DNA from: the human T2T-CHM13v2.0 reference genome, Homo sapiens
DNA: 64,000 nt
Direction: 5' to 3'
NCBI GenBank assembly: GCA_009914755.4
Contig: CP068257.2
Span: forward strand, 9,152,001 to 9,216,000
The position numbers and the translations under genes are program-made. Shown one piece after another: positions 26,597 to 39,890 of the stretch. A model generated the notes under the pieces. That model worked only from the letters and a program-made list of their open reading frames with translations, did no database searches and was not told the origin of the DNA. Every line of letters begins with the position of its first letter. Positions within the stretch are counted from its first letter, which is position 1.

Positions 26597-27232
26597 TATC
26601 TCTTAAGTGAAGCATTTAATCCATTTACGTTCAACATTAATATTGAGATGTGAAGTACTGTTCTATTCATCATGCTAGTTGTAGTCTCAATACGTTGTTT
26701 TTTAAATTGTGTTATTGTTTTATAGATCCTGTGAGATTTATGCTTTAAAGAGGTTCTATTTTGGTGTATTTTAGGTTTCATTTCAAGATTTAAGACTCCT
26801 TTTAGCATTTTTTGCAGTGCTGGCTTGGTAGTAACAAATTCTCTCAACATTTGTTTTTTTGAAAAATACTTTTTCTCTCCTTCATTTATGAAGCTTAGTT
26901 TCACTAGATATAAAATTCTTGACTGTTATTGTTTTGTTTAAGGGAGCTAAATATAGGACCCCATCCCTTCTGTCCTGTAGGGTTTCTGCTGAGAAATCTG
27001 TTGTCAATCTGATAGCTTTTTCTTTATAGGTTACCTGCTGCTTTTGCCTCACAGCTCTTAAGATTATTTCTTTCATCTTAACTTTAGATAACCTGATGGC
27101 TATGTGCATAGGTGATGATCTTTTTGTGATGAATTTTCCAGGTGTTCTTTGAGCTTCTTGTATTTGGATGTCTAGATCTCTAGCAAGGCCAGGGAAGTTT
27201 TCCCTGAGTATTCCCTCAAATAAGTTTTCCAA
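26575..27232 (-). pseudogene. L1 ORF1p C-terminal half and start of ORF2 endonuclease, frameshifted
   Basis: 26882-27232 (-) 'ENFPGLARDLDIQIQEAQRTPGKFITKRSSPMHIAIRLSKVKMKEIILRAVRQKQQVTYKEKAIRLTTDFSAETLQ' resembles ORF1p 'ENFPNLARQANIQIQEIQRTPQRYSSRRATPRHIIVRFTKVEMKEKMLRAAREKGRVTLKGKPIRLTADLSAETLQ'. 26575-26904 (-) carries 'KLSFINEGEKKYFSKKQMLREFVTTKPALQ' from the ORF1 C-terminus and '[14 protein letters not shown]' from the EN N-terminus in one frame, which indicates a decayed inter-ORF region. Confidence 0.85.
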
Positions 27233-29027
27233 ACATTTAGATTTCTTTTCTTCCTCAGGAATGCCAATTATTCTTATGCTTGGTTATTTAACAAAACCCC
27301 AAATTTCTTGGAGTCTGTTAATTTTTTAAAATTCTTTTTTCTTTGTCTTTTTTTTCAGTTAATTTGAAAGCCTTGTCATTGAGCTCTGAAGTTCTTTATT
27401 CTACTTGTTTTATTCTATTGTTGAAACTTTTCAGTTTATTTTGTATTTTTCTAAGTGTGTCTTTCATTTCCAGAAATTGTGATTGTCTTTGCTTTATGAT
27501 ACATGTTTCTCTGGAGACTTTTTCATCCATATACTGTATTGTTTTCAAAATTTCTTGAAGTTGGTTTTCACCTTATTCTGGTGCCTCCTTGAATAGCTTA
27601 ATAACCAACCTTCCAATTTTTTTTTTTTTTTTTTTTTTTTGGCAATTCAGAGATTTCTTCTTGGTTTGGATCCACAGCTGGAGAGCTAGTGTGATCTTTT
27701 GGGGGTACTATACAACTTGTTTTGTCATATTACCAGAATTACTTTTTTGGTTTCTTTTCATTTGGGTAGACTGTTTCAGTGGAAAGATCTGGACCTCAAG
27801 GGCTGCTATTCAGATTCTCTTGTCCCACATGGTGGTGCTCTCTTGATGTGTGCCCTCCCCCTTCCTCTAGGGATAGGGCTTCTTGAGAGCCAGATTGCAG
27901 TGATTGCTAATGCCCTTCTGGGTCTAGACACCCAGTGGGGCTACTGGGCTCCAGGCTGGTGCTGCAGAATGTCTGCAAAAAGTCCTGTGCTGTGATTTGT
28001 CTTCAGGTCTCCCAATTCTGGATAACAGCCCCTGCTCTGGTGGAGGTGGCAGGGGAGTGAAGTGAACTCTGGGATTTTTTGGTTGTTGTAATGTGATGGT
28101 TTTCTCAAATGCTGGTTATGCTAGCAGTGAAATTTTCACAGGGACAGACTCAGGACCTCTGGTTAGCCAGGATGTTGCAGGCAGTGGAATTAGCTGTTGT
28201 TTTCTCCTTCTATGAAGCAGGGTTGTTCTCTTATGAGTTGCTGTAATGGCTTGAGTTGGTTGGCCCCAGCCAGGAGGTGGCACTCTCAAGAGAGCACAAG
28301 CTACAGTTGTAGAAGGGGGCTACCACCTTGCCCTATGTTGGCCAGGATAAGTACTCGGGTTTCTCAGGTGATGGGCAGGGACATAGAGCTCCCAAGAGTT
28401 TATGTCTTTTGTCTTCGGCTACCAGGGCAGGTAGAGAAAAACTTTCAAAGGGTCTGTGAATTCTTTCAGTCTCCCTAGTATGTCCTTGGAACAGAAGTTC
28501 ACAATGTGAATCTCCAGACGCTGATCTGTTTGTCTAAATGGGAGCTGCATGTTAGTCCTGTCTCCTCTCTGGTGTTTTTTCTCTCCTACCTGAAAGGTAC
28601 GGAGTTTCAGTGTGGGATGATGGAAAGTGCTGGAGTGGATATTGGTGATGTCTGCACAACAATGGGAATGAATTTAATGCCACTGAGTTGTACATTTGAA
28701 AATCATTGAAATGGCACATTTTAGTTATGTATATCTTACCACAATAAAACATCAGTTAAAAGAATTTTATTTATAGACCAAATATGTCTGTGCTCTATTT
28801 ATAACTCCTAGTATGTTAGGAATCACCCCAAGTACATGTTCCTAGGATTAATGCTTTCTAAAATAATCCTGTGGTCTGGTACGTATTCTCAAGGAAGGGA
28901 TTCCTGTTGAACCCAGCTTGAGGAATTCTTTGCTGTCTACTGCTCAGTGTCTGTTGACTGGAACGCTGGAGACGATGCAGCACACATTGGCCCCTGTGGT
29001 GCTCACATGATTTCCATGTGCTTTCCT

Positions 29028-29400
29028 CGGGTGGGATGCAGCATGGGAGTGCCGGGGTGTGGAGTGCAGCGTGTGAGTGCCGGGGTGTGGGGTGCAGCGT
29101 GGGAGTGCCGGGGTGTGGGGTGCAGCGTGGGAGTGCCGGGGTGTGGAGTGCAGCGTGGGAGTGCCGGGGTGTGGGATGCAGCGTGTGAGTGCCGGGGTGT
29201 GGAGTGCAGCGTGGGAGTGCCGGGGTGTGGGGTGCAGCGTGTGAGTGCCGGGGTGTGGGGTGCAGCGTGTGAGTGCCGGGGTGTGGGGTGCAGCGTGTGA
29301 GTGCCGGGGTGTGGGGTGCAGCGTGTGAGTGCCGGGGTGTGGGGTGCAGCGTGGGAGTGCCGGGGTGTGGGGTGCAGCGTGGGAGTGCCGGGGTGTGGAG
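29028..29400. repeat. 28-bp-unit GC-rich VNTR, about 13 copies (gggagtgccggggtgtggggtgcagcgt)
   Basis: Perfectly phased 28-bp units with g/t and g/a variants. This creates the 186-aa and 149-aa 'HTPALPRCTPHPGT' minus-strand ORFs and the 117-aa plus-strand ORF, all artefacts. Confidence 0.9.
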
Positions 29401-32400
29401 GAGCAGCTGGTGTTTCACGTTGCTGAACTAAAACCTTGGTTGCACTCAGCATTCAGATTCTGGGGACACTGTGGTGACCTGACACAGGGTAGCATAGAGA
29501 CGGCATTGCCCTCAGCCTGCTAGCAGCAGGAGGGTCGGGTTCCATCCTCAGCATGTGCGGGCTGCCCCTCGTCCGCAGCGGGAATCAAACTGACGCTGCA
29601 TATCTCTTAACAGTTTCAGATTTTGCCTCGTCCCATGTTTGGATGTGATGATTTGGGTTGGCTCTGGCCACTGGCAATACCCTGAGTTATTAGAAAATGT
29701 AAGGAGCTGTTCCTCATCCCTGTTTCCTGTGTCCTTAACCTTTCTCTGTTTTTAGTTTCTCAGCATTCAAGGGCTGAGCCAGTGCTCTTTAGTGAAGGAC
29801 TTCTACTTTGTGGATATGAACAATTTCTCCCCATTTCTCTTTCCCATCTTGTCTCTAACGTGGAGGGAAGGGAGTGATGTTTGTCCACAGCACCTTCGGC
29901 AACTATCATGACATGTTTGCGAGCGTCACCTTCTTGTGCTAGACTCATAGCCATGATGCATATTTGGCATATTTGGTGCTCAATAAATGACCTCACATAG
30001 ACACACAGCAACATGTGAAAAGCCAGTAGGAAGGAAGATCGACTGCCTCATACAAGGTCAGCAAACCTTTCTGTAAAGGGACAGAGAGTAAATATTTTTG
30101 GCTCTGTGGCCATATGGTCTCTGTCACAAATACTCAACTCTGCCAGTTAGAAAGCAGCCATGGACAAGAGGCAGGTGAACGGGCATGGCTGTTTCAATCA
30201 TCTTTATTTATAAAAAAAAAAAAAATGTGGGCCAACCTGGCCTTCAACCTGTAGCTTTCCAGCCTAGTATAACCTTTTCTTTAGCTATTCTCTTTTGTTT
30301 AGTCTTAGAGTTAATGACTATGTCGAAAAAGTCTTTGAGACCAGGAATAAAATTTAAGGAAAAATATGCTAATCACGTTATTTCCAAATTATAGGTAAAA
30401 TAAGTACAAATAATAGCAGATTACAGTGGGACTAGTTTAGTGAAAGACTAGAGGACATATAATAGAGGCACATGTAAAAATTATAGATAATAGTGTCAAC
30501 TTTCATAACTTAAAGTGAAAAATTTCTTTTACCATGTTTACTTTGCAGGCAGAAAAATAACATTAGTAAGGAATAATTGCTATTTCTTTTTGGTTATTTT
30601 TCTCTCATTCATATTAACTTTTCCTAAATTTCAAAACTGTTAGGCTCAATATCTCATAATCTGTATGAGGAGAATATTTTTGTATCATCTGCTCTGAAAA
30701 ACTAAACTGATTATATTCTCTACTAAACACCTGCTCATATCCTGTTAATGTCTCTAAGCAGAGGAAGAAATGGTTGCTCTAAACAGGTGACAAAGCCCTG
30801 ATTTTGCACACGTAAAGATTTCCTTGCTTCCCACAGGATGGGCATCTTTCCACTCATGGTAAGCCATCATTGTCTTCTTAGTTTATATTCACTGATTCAG
30901 TATTTCCTGAGTACCTGCTATGAGCCAAGCACTGCTCATAAGTTTTCTGTGCTTCAGCAAATCAGTGAGCAAAAGAGACAAAGATCTCCATCCTCAAGGT
31001 GCTTGTTTTTCACAGGGAGGGGCAGGTAGTCAACAATAAACACAATAAAGTGGGCAGTACAGAGTGGTAAAAGTGAACAGAATTATGGAGAACAGTAGGA
31101 CAGAGTGATGAGAGTGCAGAGCGCTGTGCTGTGTGTGTCTGGGTGGGGGAGGTTTCAGGGTTAAGCAGGGTGATCAGAGCAGTGGGTAGACCCCCTGAAA
31201 AGATGAAGCTTGAGACAAAATTTGAAAAAGATAAAGAAATAGATCATGGCTATCTGAGAGAAGAGACTTCCAAATGGAGAGCAGATAGAGCAAGGATCAC
31301 GAGACAGGTGCTTGCCACTTGCATCCATGGATGAGCATGGAGTCTGGCATGGCTGCAGCAGTGAGGGAGGGTGGAGCTTTCAGAGGGGAGGCTGGACTGG
31401 TATTGGGTCCAGACCATGGATGGCCTCAGAGCCCACCAGCTCAGAAGTGGGAAGTGATTGCAGGGTGCTGGGCAGAAGTGTGTCTAAAAGGAAGTCTCAA
31501 AGAATGCTTCTGACTGCTGTGCTCAGAGTAGACTGCAGGGGTCAGGGGTAGAAACAGTGGAGTCTGTGAGAGGCTTGAGCAACCTCCCAGTGAAAGATGA
31601 TGGTGACTCCAACCAGGTTGTAGCATTGGAGGTGGTGAGAAAAGCCAGATTTGGGTAGATCTTGAAAGTAGGACAATCACATTTTCTGAGGGATTGGAGG
31701 CAGGGCGTGAGAGAAAGAATGATGCTCAGGATGATGCTCAGGTTTTTGGCCTGTTGTATGTTAATAGAAATCCTCTCTATACAGAGATTTAAAAAGAAAA
31801 TGCTGTTGAAGTGTTATCCAATAACAACTACCCTTATATTTGTATTGTAACTTTATACTGTCAGATGAAAATGCCAACAGAATGTCTCTTCTGGTCTGAG
31901 AAGAATAGCCATGTATAAAGCCTGTCTGCAGCTTACTGTTCTCTAGCAGAGGTTGTGCTTTTATAGATAGCTCACTGGCTTGCTTCCTAGCAGAGGCTCC
32001 TAGCTAGAGGGAGGACTCTAACTCTCATGGCGTGTGCTGCTTAGTCTTGAGACTAAGAATAAGGGTTTGGAGTATAATAATTAGTTCTTGGTTCTGTTCT
32101 GCTTGGAAAAAAAACTCAGAAAGCCTCTTGGTACCCACAATGATGAAAATAGTCATTACTAATTGTATTCGTTGGCACCCAAGGCATAAACATGTACAAG
32201 GCACTTAATAATAACACCATCATCACATCGATTTTTATGATTCTCGGGCTTACCCTGGGCCACACACTTTGTTGGGAGCTCCACACATTGTCTTTCAACC
32301 CCTTGCGGCACCTTGAAAGCTATAATCCTTTTGTAACACATGAAGTGTCTGAAATGCAGAAAGGTTACTGGACTTGTTTAAGTCCAAATAGATACTGAAG

Positions 32401-32943
32401 AGTGGGGCTGGGGCTCCCTTGACTCCAGACTTGCCTGCCTCCAATGTCAGCGTCCTTCTGATTTTCCTGCCTCCAAAACTCAGGGATTTAGATGAATGAT
32501 GTATTCATAGCATGCTAACTCAACAAACACATTGATTTAGTGTTTTCTACGTGTTAGAAACTGACTTAGCTTGACATTGGAGGATAAAAGATAGATTGAT
32601 TGGTTGATCAAATGGTTTTTGAATGCTTATTATATGCCAGAGGTGTGCAATACTATAGAAAGATAAAGATGAATGGTCCTTTGTCTTAAGAAGGAACCAC
32701 CATTTCTTGGATGTCCTGGATGGTGGTGTTTAAATACTACAGGACAAGAAGCAGAAGAAACCTAAATGGGAAGCCTTCTGTTTGAAAACCCTTCCTTATT
32801 TAGGCATTTCAAAAATGTATTAATCTAAGAAACTTGGTATCTTTTGAATTGCAAAGTGGACAATCATATTTCAAGAATGATTTGAGGCAGGCTTAGCTTA
32901 GGTACAAGTTATTATAATTATTATAATTTGTACATAAGCTAAG

Positions 32944-33306
32944 TGTATTAGTTTGTTCTCATACTGCTAATAAAGACATACCTGGGACTGGGTAATTTAC
33001 AAAGGAAGGAGGTTTAATTGGCTCACAGTTCCACATGGCTGAGGAGGCCTCACAATCATGGCAGAAAGTGAAGAGGAAGAAGGACACATCTTACATGGCA
33101 GCAGGCAACAGAGAGCTTGTGCAGGGAAATTCCCCTCTATAAAACCATCAGATCTCATGAGACTTATTCACTACCACGGGAACACTATGGGAGGAAATGG
33201 CCCCCATGATTCAATTATCTCCACCTGGCCCCGCCAGGTGGCTAATGTGCGGGGATTATTACAATTCAAGGTGAGAATTGGGTGGGAACACAGCCAAACC
33301 ATATCA
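32944..33306 (-). mobile_element. Solo THE1-class LTR with a perfect 5-bp TSD 'ctaag' (32939-32943 and 33307-33311)
   Basis: 'tgtattagtttgttctcatactgctaataaagacatacctgggactgggtaatttacaaaggaaggaggtttaattggctcacagttccacatggctgaggaggcctcacaatcatggcagaaag...gggattattacaattcaaggtgagaattgggtgggaacacagccaaaccatatca'. Confidence 0.85.
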
Positions 33307-33997
33307 CTAAGCCTACCTCAAACCATTTGTAAAATATTCTTGAAATATAATTAGTTTTCTAATGTACTCTCATTCAAGTTCTTGTTTGCCTCTGAAACTC
33401 ACCAGTAGATATGTAAGAAATAGTATTCAAATCACGTGAGGCTCTGACCATATCATTTCAAAACACGCTCATCTCTACTTGAGAACATGACTCCAGCGCC
33501 ATCTCTTCTGAGATCCTTCTTGCTGATTTTACTTAAATTAGATGCCTTCGCATACCTGCCACATCACTTTACACTGTTAGATTTTTACATAGCTTTGTCA
33601 CTGCCAGAAATTATCACCTACCTGTCTGTTCATTTATTGCTTTGTTTTGACAAAGTGTTTGATTTATGCAATATAACATTTAAGTGAAAAGAGACTCAAT
33701 GTTCATCAATAGAGTTTAAAATTTCCAATCTATATGACATTATCAATAGCTTTTTTATATTAAAATACATTTTATATTAAACATACTTGTATTCACAGAT
33801 GACCCAAATTGTTGGAACTAAAATTTACATTTATATAAACTCATCATTGATCTAAATACAATATGGATATGAATTTATATGTACTTTAATGTCATCAATA
33901 TTAATGTGAATTTCAAATAAAAATCCATAAAATTGTTAAACATGGAGGAGACAGATATAAAGATATAAATGCTGTCTAGGGGAACAGCATTTCAGAT

Positions 33998-34425
33998 GGA
34001 GGAACAGGCAAGGAGAGAAGCTTGGAGTGTGGTGAGGAACAGGCAAGGAGAGAAGCTTGGAGTGTGGTGAGGAACAGGCAAGGAGAGAAGCTTGGAGTGT
34101 GGTGAGGAACAGGCAAGGAGAGAAGCTTGGAGTGTGGTGAGGAACAGGCAAGGAGAGAAGCTTGGAGTGTGGTGAGGAACAGGCTTGGAGAGAAGCTTGG
34201 AGTGTGGTGAGGAACAGGCAAGGAGAGAAGCTTGGAGTGTGGTGAGGAACAGGCAAGGAGAGAAGCTTGGAGTGTGGTGAGGAACAGGCAAGGAGAGAAG
34301 CTTGGAGTGTGGTGAGGAACAGGCAAGGAGAGGAGCTTGGAGTGTGGTGAGGAACAGGCAAGGAGAGGAGCTTGGAGTGTGGTGAGGAACAGGCAAGGAG
34401 AGGAGCTTGGATTGTGGTGAGGAAT
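33998..34425. repeat. 35-bp-unit VNTR, about 12 copies (ggaacaggcaaggagagaagcttggagtgtggtga)
   Basis: Phased 35-bp units. The last three copies share an a->g variant ('ggagaggagcttgg'), suggesting recent local expansion. Source of the 194-aa, 152-aa and 151-aa minus-strand ORFs, which are artefacts. Confidence 0.9.
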
Positions 34426-36701
34426 GAAGAGCATTTGAAATACTCACAGAAGGTCAATGTGACGCAGATGCGGTAAGCCAGGCAGAGTGTGGCAGGAGAT
34501 AAAAATAGAAAGATAAACAAGAGCCAGATAATACAGGGCTTTGTGGAACATAGTAAGGAGTTTGAATTTTATCCAAGAGGAATGGGAAGCTACTGGAAGG
34601 CTTAACCAAAGAATGACTTGCTTTTATTTATACCTAAAATAGATTATTGTGTTTCCTCTGTGGAAAAGGGATTATAAGTGGGCAAAAACAGAAACAGTTA
34701 AGAAGTCATTACAGTACTTGAGGAAATGGTTCATGAGTTAGACTGGGTGGTGCAATGGTGTGAGAGAGAAGAGGGTGGATTCAGCTGGTGAGCTGATTGT
34801 GGGAAGTGAGGGGGAAACAATGGGACTTCTAGACTTTTGGCTGAAGCAACTGGGTGGATAGTTCTATTTTCTTGGATTTAATGTTTTGGATGTGTTAAGT
34901 TTCAGAGGCTTATTAGGAATCTACGGCTAGTCAGGACTAGAAAATATAAATTTGGAACTCATGCACTTAGGGATGATAGTATTTGAAAGCATGACCCAAC
35001 TTAGCTTAAGTAGAGATAGGGAGGATAGAGAGAGAAGGGAGGAGGCCCAGGACAAACATCAGGGTTTAGAAGTCTGGCAGAGAAGCCGAAGCCCTCAGAG
35101 AAGACTGAGGAGTAGCCAGAGAAGCAAGGGGATTGACAGGAGAAGGTGGCAGGGAAGCTGATAGAAGGAAATGCCTCAACAAGCATTCTCAGGTCTGTCG
35201 GCTGCTGCTGAAAGAAAACGAATCACCATATTCGGCAGAAAGAAAGAAAATGAATCACCATGTTTGGAAACATGAAGGCCACTGGTGGCGATGATAAAAG
35301 GAGCTTTATGGGAGTGGTGGGGAAGGACACTGACAAGAATGGGAGGAAGAGAATGAAATTCAAGGGAGTGGAAATGAGGAAAAGAGCTAGAAAGACACTG
35401 GCTCAGGGCAGGGTTTCAGAGGGAAGGATATCTTGGAGTTGGTTAGTGTGTTGGTGAGAATTCTCTTGTGTGGATGACATTATGATGGTGCAGAGGAGAG
35501 AGCGGAAAACAGCTGAAGCACAAAGCCTTTGTGCCTTGAGAGCTGGTGAGGTCCCGAGTGCTGGGGGAGGTGTTGCCTTGAGACAGGAATGGGAACACCT
35601 TGACGTTGCTTCCATCCTCTTGGAAGGTTGGAGTTGGTGGAGGGGAGATGGAATTCCTCTATCTCTTCTCTATAGAGAAGGAAGAAGAAGAAATATTGGA
35701 GGCTTCAGCAGCATAAAGAAAGTGTGAAATACTTGGATGTCTTGGATACTGGAGTTTTGTTTAGAAGGGAAGTGTAGCAGAACCTCTGGATGGTGATAAG
35801 TATGTGTTTCAGATTTGTGACCTTGAGTTTAGAGTGTGGACAGTCACTATGGCTTTGTGATTTTCTTCAGCTACTGGCTGATGGTGCAGTGAAATAGAAT
35901 TGTAAATGGGACCTCAAGCTCTCCGGAGGAAATGGGCTCCTGGTGACTAATGGAGACACCCAAATTTAGATAACAGATTCAAGCGGCCATAGGGGGTGGT
36001 GAGAGGAGAACCATCTCTTCACAAACATCCTACTTCATGTGCTTTCTGTGACCAGAGCCAAGAAAAACAGTGGCTAGACTCCTCACCTCCACCCCATTGG
36101 CCATTTTAAAAGAAAACACCTGACAAAGGCACTTCTAATGTTGGGATGGGAAGCCACCCAGTCAGGGCTTGGCTATCTCAACCAATAAGAACTGAACACA
36201 CGTGAATCCTACATTTGCATAAACAGACGTGACAGAGAACCTGGGAGAAAACTTTTCCTATTTGAGCCATAAACCCTTCCTTTGTTCTTCGGTGCACACA
36301 CTTTCATTTGTGCTTCCCCAGTCTGCGGGAATTTTTTTTGTCTTTTTTTTTTTTTGACTGTTTTATAGAGAACAAAGCTCTTCCTTTTTCCTCTGCAGAT
36401 TTCATGATCTTTTGTTAACAGCGCTGAGTAGGTGAATAGTTGGTTTGAATAGGTTATTGCTTTGCTGTGTGAATTCAATGGAAACAAAGTTTGTGGTTAT
36501 AGTTTATCAAATTGAATAACGTGATTATAATGATGGGCCCTGGACCCCAAAGTGGGAAAGTTCAAAGTAAGACCAGGAGGGGATGACAGATAATAAAAAC
36601 ATTTTAAGGTCAATGGATTTGTGGTTTACAATGTTGAAAATGGTTGGAGTAGGCAGCACAGAGTAAGTGAGCTGGAAAGATAAGGCTTAGTAGGAGAATG
36701 A

Positions 36702-37136
<435 letters not shown>

Positions 37137-39394
37137 TGAGAGCTCACTGCTCAGTGGATTATCTACGCGCAAGCTGAAGTCACTGAAAATGGTAACAAGA
37201 GTAGGTAGAGATGAAGATGGAGCCAGCCGCTGAAGTCCGTGGTGGATGAAGGAAAGAACGTGGGGGGTCTGAAGATGGCAGGGAAACGCAGGTGGTGTAG
37301 TCAGATGGCGTGTGCTCCAAAGGAATTGGAGGCTTTTGGAGGAGAAAGAAGGAGATATCGTGTGAATACAGCAGTGGGAGTAAGGGCGTGCTTGCCCCAC
37401 CTGCAGGCCATGGCTTATGTACAATATGGGAGGAAAAACATTCCTGTGGAGAAGGAGGCTGGGAAAGTCATGCTCGCTGATAGCTAGGGGTGAAGAGAAT
37501 TTTTAAAGAGGAACTACAGTATGCAAGAGAGGATTTAGGGAGCTGATATATACGAGCAGGATGCAGAGGAAAAGTTTGGGAAAATGGGATAGGGTGAGAA
37601 ATTATAGAATGCACAGGAAGTGATGGAGAGGAGTTAGAAAATGGTCAAATGACTTTGAAAATCCAATCATTTCAAAGCACATAGCCTTCTGTGCTAAGGA
37701 GAAACACACAACTGCTTTGCTAAGTCAGGCATGGCAACATTAACTGTCCTCTGCTGCCCCTTCCCCTGTCTGCCTTAAACTCAGAAGCCCCATTCTCCTG
37801 AGCTTTGGTTGGGCATATGGCTGCCTGCTGGAGACTGCATATCCCAGCCTCCCCAGTGAAAAAGCTGGACCATGTATCTAAGTCCCCCAGCAGTGAAAGG
37901 CCCTTAAAAGGAGGGATTTGGGGCTCGGTTTCTCTTCTCATAGGATTAAGCATGGGTGTGGTGGGGAGTCAGTATCGACGGCATGGACGATTAGAACATC
38001 CCGAGGAAAGCCAGTGCAATGTCAAGGGTATCAGAGCCCTAGATGACTTCATGCAGCGGAGCTGCTTACCTGCCCTGAGCCGCCTGCCTGCTTCTCGAAA
38101 TTGTGAAAGATCAATCGGGTCTACTTCATTAGGCCCTAAACACTACATCTCATGTCCAGGTTCTGGCTTTGAACGTATTTGAACATATGCTAATAGCCAG
38201 TCTCATTACGTCACTTTATAGGATCACATAAATCACCATTTCAGACCCTAGAATATTCCTGGTCGAGGTCAGGACACATTTGAAAATGTGGGAAAGGCTG
38301 TATAATAGCCTTCAGGTTTTTATGACTTCTTTACTACCTGAGGGATTAGTCAACAAATTTCGTAATAAGTCCACAGATATTTGAATCAACAAAAAGTACT
38401 GACAAGTGTCATGTAATTTTCCTCATGTTTTTGAGGGTTACATGGCAGGTGCTGTTTGTATCATGTACTCTTCAGCTCCTTTTTAGGGGAACAGCATGCT
38501 AGCATTTCTGCGTTTTGGGGTGAGGCCTGCTGTCGTCACCCTGGTGCGAGCACATGAAGTGAACTGGACACCTAACAGTGTGGTTTTCCTCTCTGTGCCA
38601 GCGGCTCGGATTCCCTCCCTCACCTGCAGGCTGAGCAGGTCGGCTTGTCCATCATTCTGCTTTTTAAGTGAATCAGAGGGCAAAAGTTCCCTTTCCCTGG
38701 AGCAGTTGAGCCATCTCTTTTGATTCAGTTGTGCAAGTCTCCAGCCTCAGTGAGGGCTGTAAAAGGCAATCATGCAAAGTGTCTGGTTCTTTAAGGGAAT
38801 GGTATTCGTCAGATTTCTGACTTTTTTGAGATGCTGTTGGTGGAGAAATACTTTCTGATGCTTCAAATGCAACATCTTTTATGCAGTTCAGTAAGAAAAA
38901 ATCTTCCTCAATCCTCATTTTTACAAACATGTCCATTTGATTTGTTACTTTGCATGGTTACATTATTTTTGTGTAATAATTACTGTGGCTCTTAATAACA
39001 AGGTTAATTATCACTAGCAAGTTAATGTGTTCCACCAGGAGCACTTTTTTTTTACCCTGTCTTCCTGTTATGTGGTAGTTTTTCTGTTTCTTCCAGTAGA
39101 AGCTTCAGTGAGTCTGCATGCATGCACAATAAAGGGTTGTACGAGCAGTGTTTTGGGCAAGACAGGCCTGGAGAGCTTTGTCCCATGCCAGTGCCATGGG
39201 GCCCAATGAAAGCCTGGCCTGGGTCTTAATTAAGGACAGAGAGACATGGAGCACCATCCAAGGGGAGAGAACAAATCTGTTCCTTCACAGCAGATCCTAT
39301 TTGCAAGTGCCACTCTCTCTGCCTGAAATTCTCTTCTCTCAACTTTCCATCAGTTTCCTGAGAGTTTTCTTTTTTTTTTTAAGAAAAAAAAAAA

Positions 39395-39890
39395 ACTTCG
39401 TTGAGATATAATTCACATTCCGTACAACTCACCCACTTAAACTGTATGACTCAATGGTTTTCAATATATTCACAAGTAGGTGCAAACATCACCACAGTCA
39501 ATTTTAGAACATTTTTATCACCTCAAAAAGAAACCTAGAACTCTTTCCAAATGGCCCCATCTTCTCATCACCATGGCTAAGAAACCATTTACCTCCTTTC
39601 TGTCTCTGTGGACCCCTCCATTCTGGATTTTCATGTGAACAGAATCATAGAGTATGTGGTCTTTTGTGACTGACGTCTTTCACCTGCCACGATGTTATTA
39701 AGGTTCAAGCATGTTGTAGGATGTATTAGTACTTCATTATCTTTTATGGCTGAATGAGGTTTCATTATGCAGATAGACCTTATTTTGCTTATCCATTCAG
39801 CTATTGAAAATCTGGCTTTTGTGAACAATGCTGCTATGAACATGGACATGAAAATGCCTCTTCAAGATCCTACTTTCAATTATTTGGAAC
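39395..39890 (-). mobile_element. L1M-family LINE 3' end (antisense) with a poly-T remnant at 39365-39394
   Basis: 'cacagtcaattttagaacatttttatcacctcaaaaagaaacc...ttctgtctctgtggac...atcatagagtatgtggtcttttgtgactg...ttttatggctgaatgaggtttcattatgcagataga...gctattgaaaatctggcttttgtgaacaatgctgctatgaacatgg' matches antisense L1MA/MB 3'UTR and ORF2 terminus. Confidence 0.65.

Noticed and set aside
28858-29452. 186-aa and 149-aa proline/histidine-rich ORFs, and CRISPR-like periodicity
   Set aside because: Artefact of the 28-bp GC-rich VNTR, which has no spacers.
33936-34520. 194-aa, 152-aa and 151-aa minus-strand ORFs
   Set aside because: Artefact of the 35-bp VNTR.
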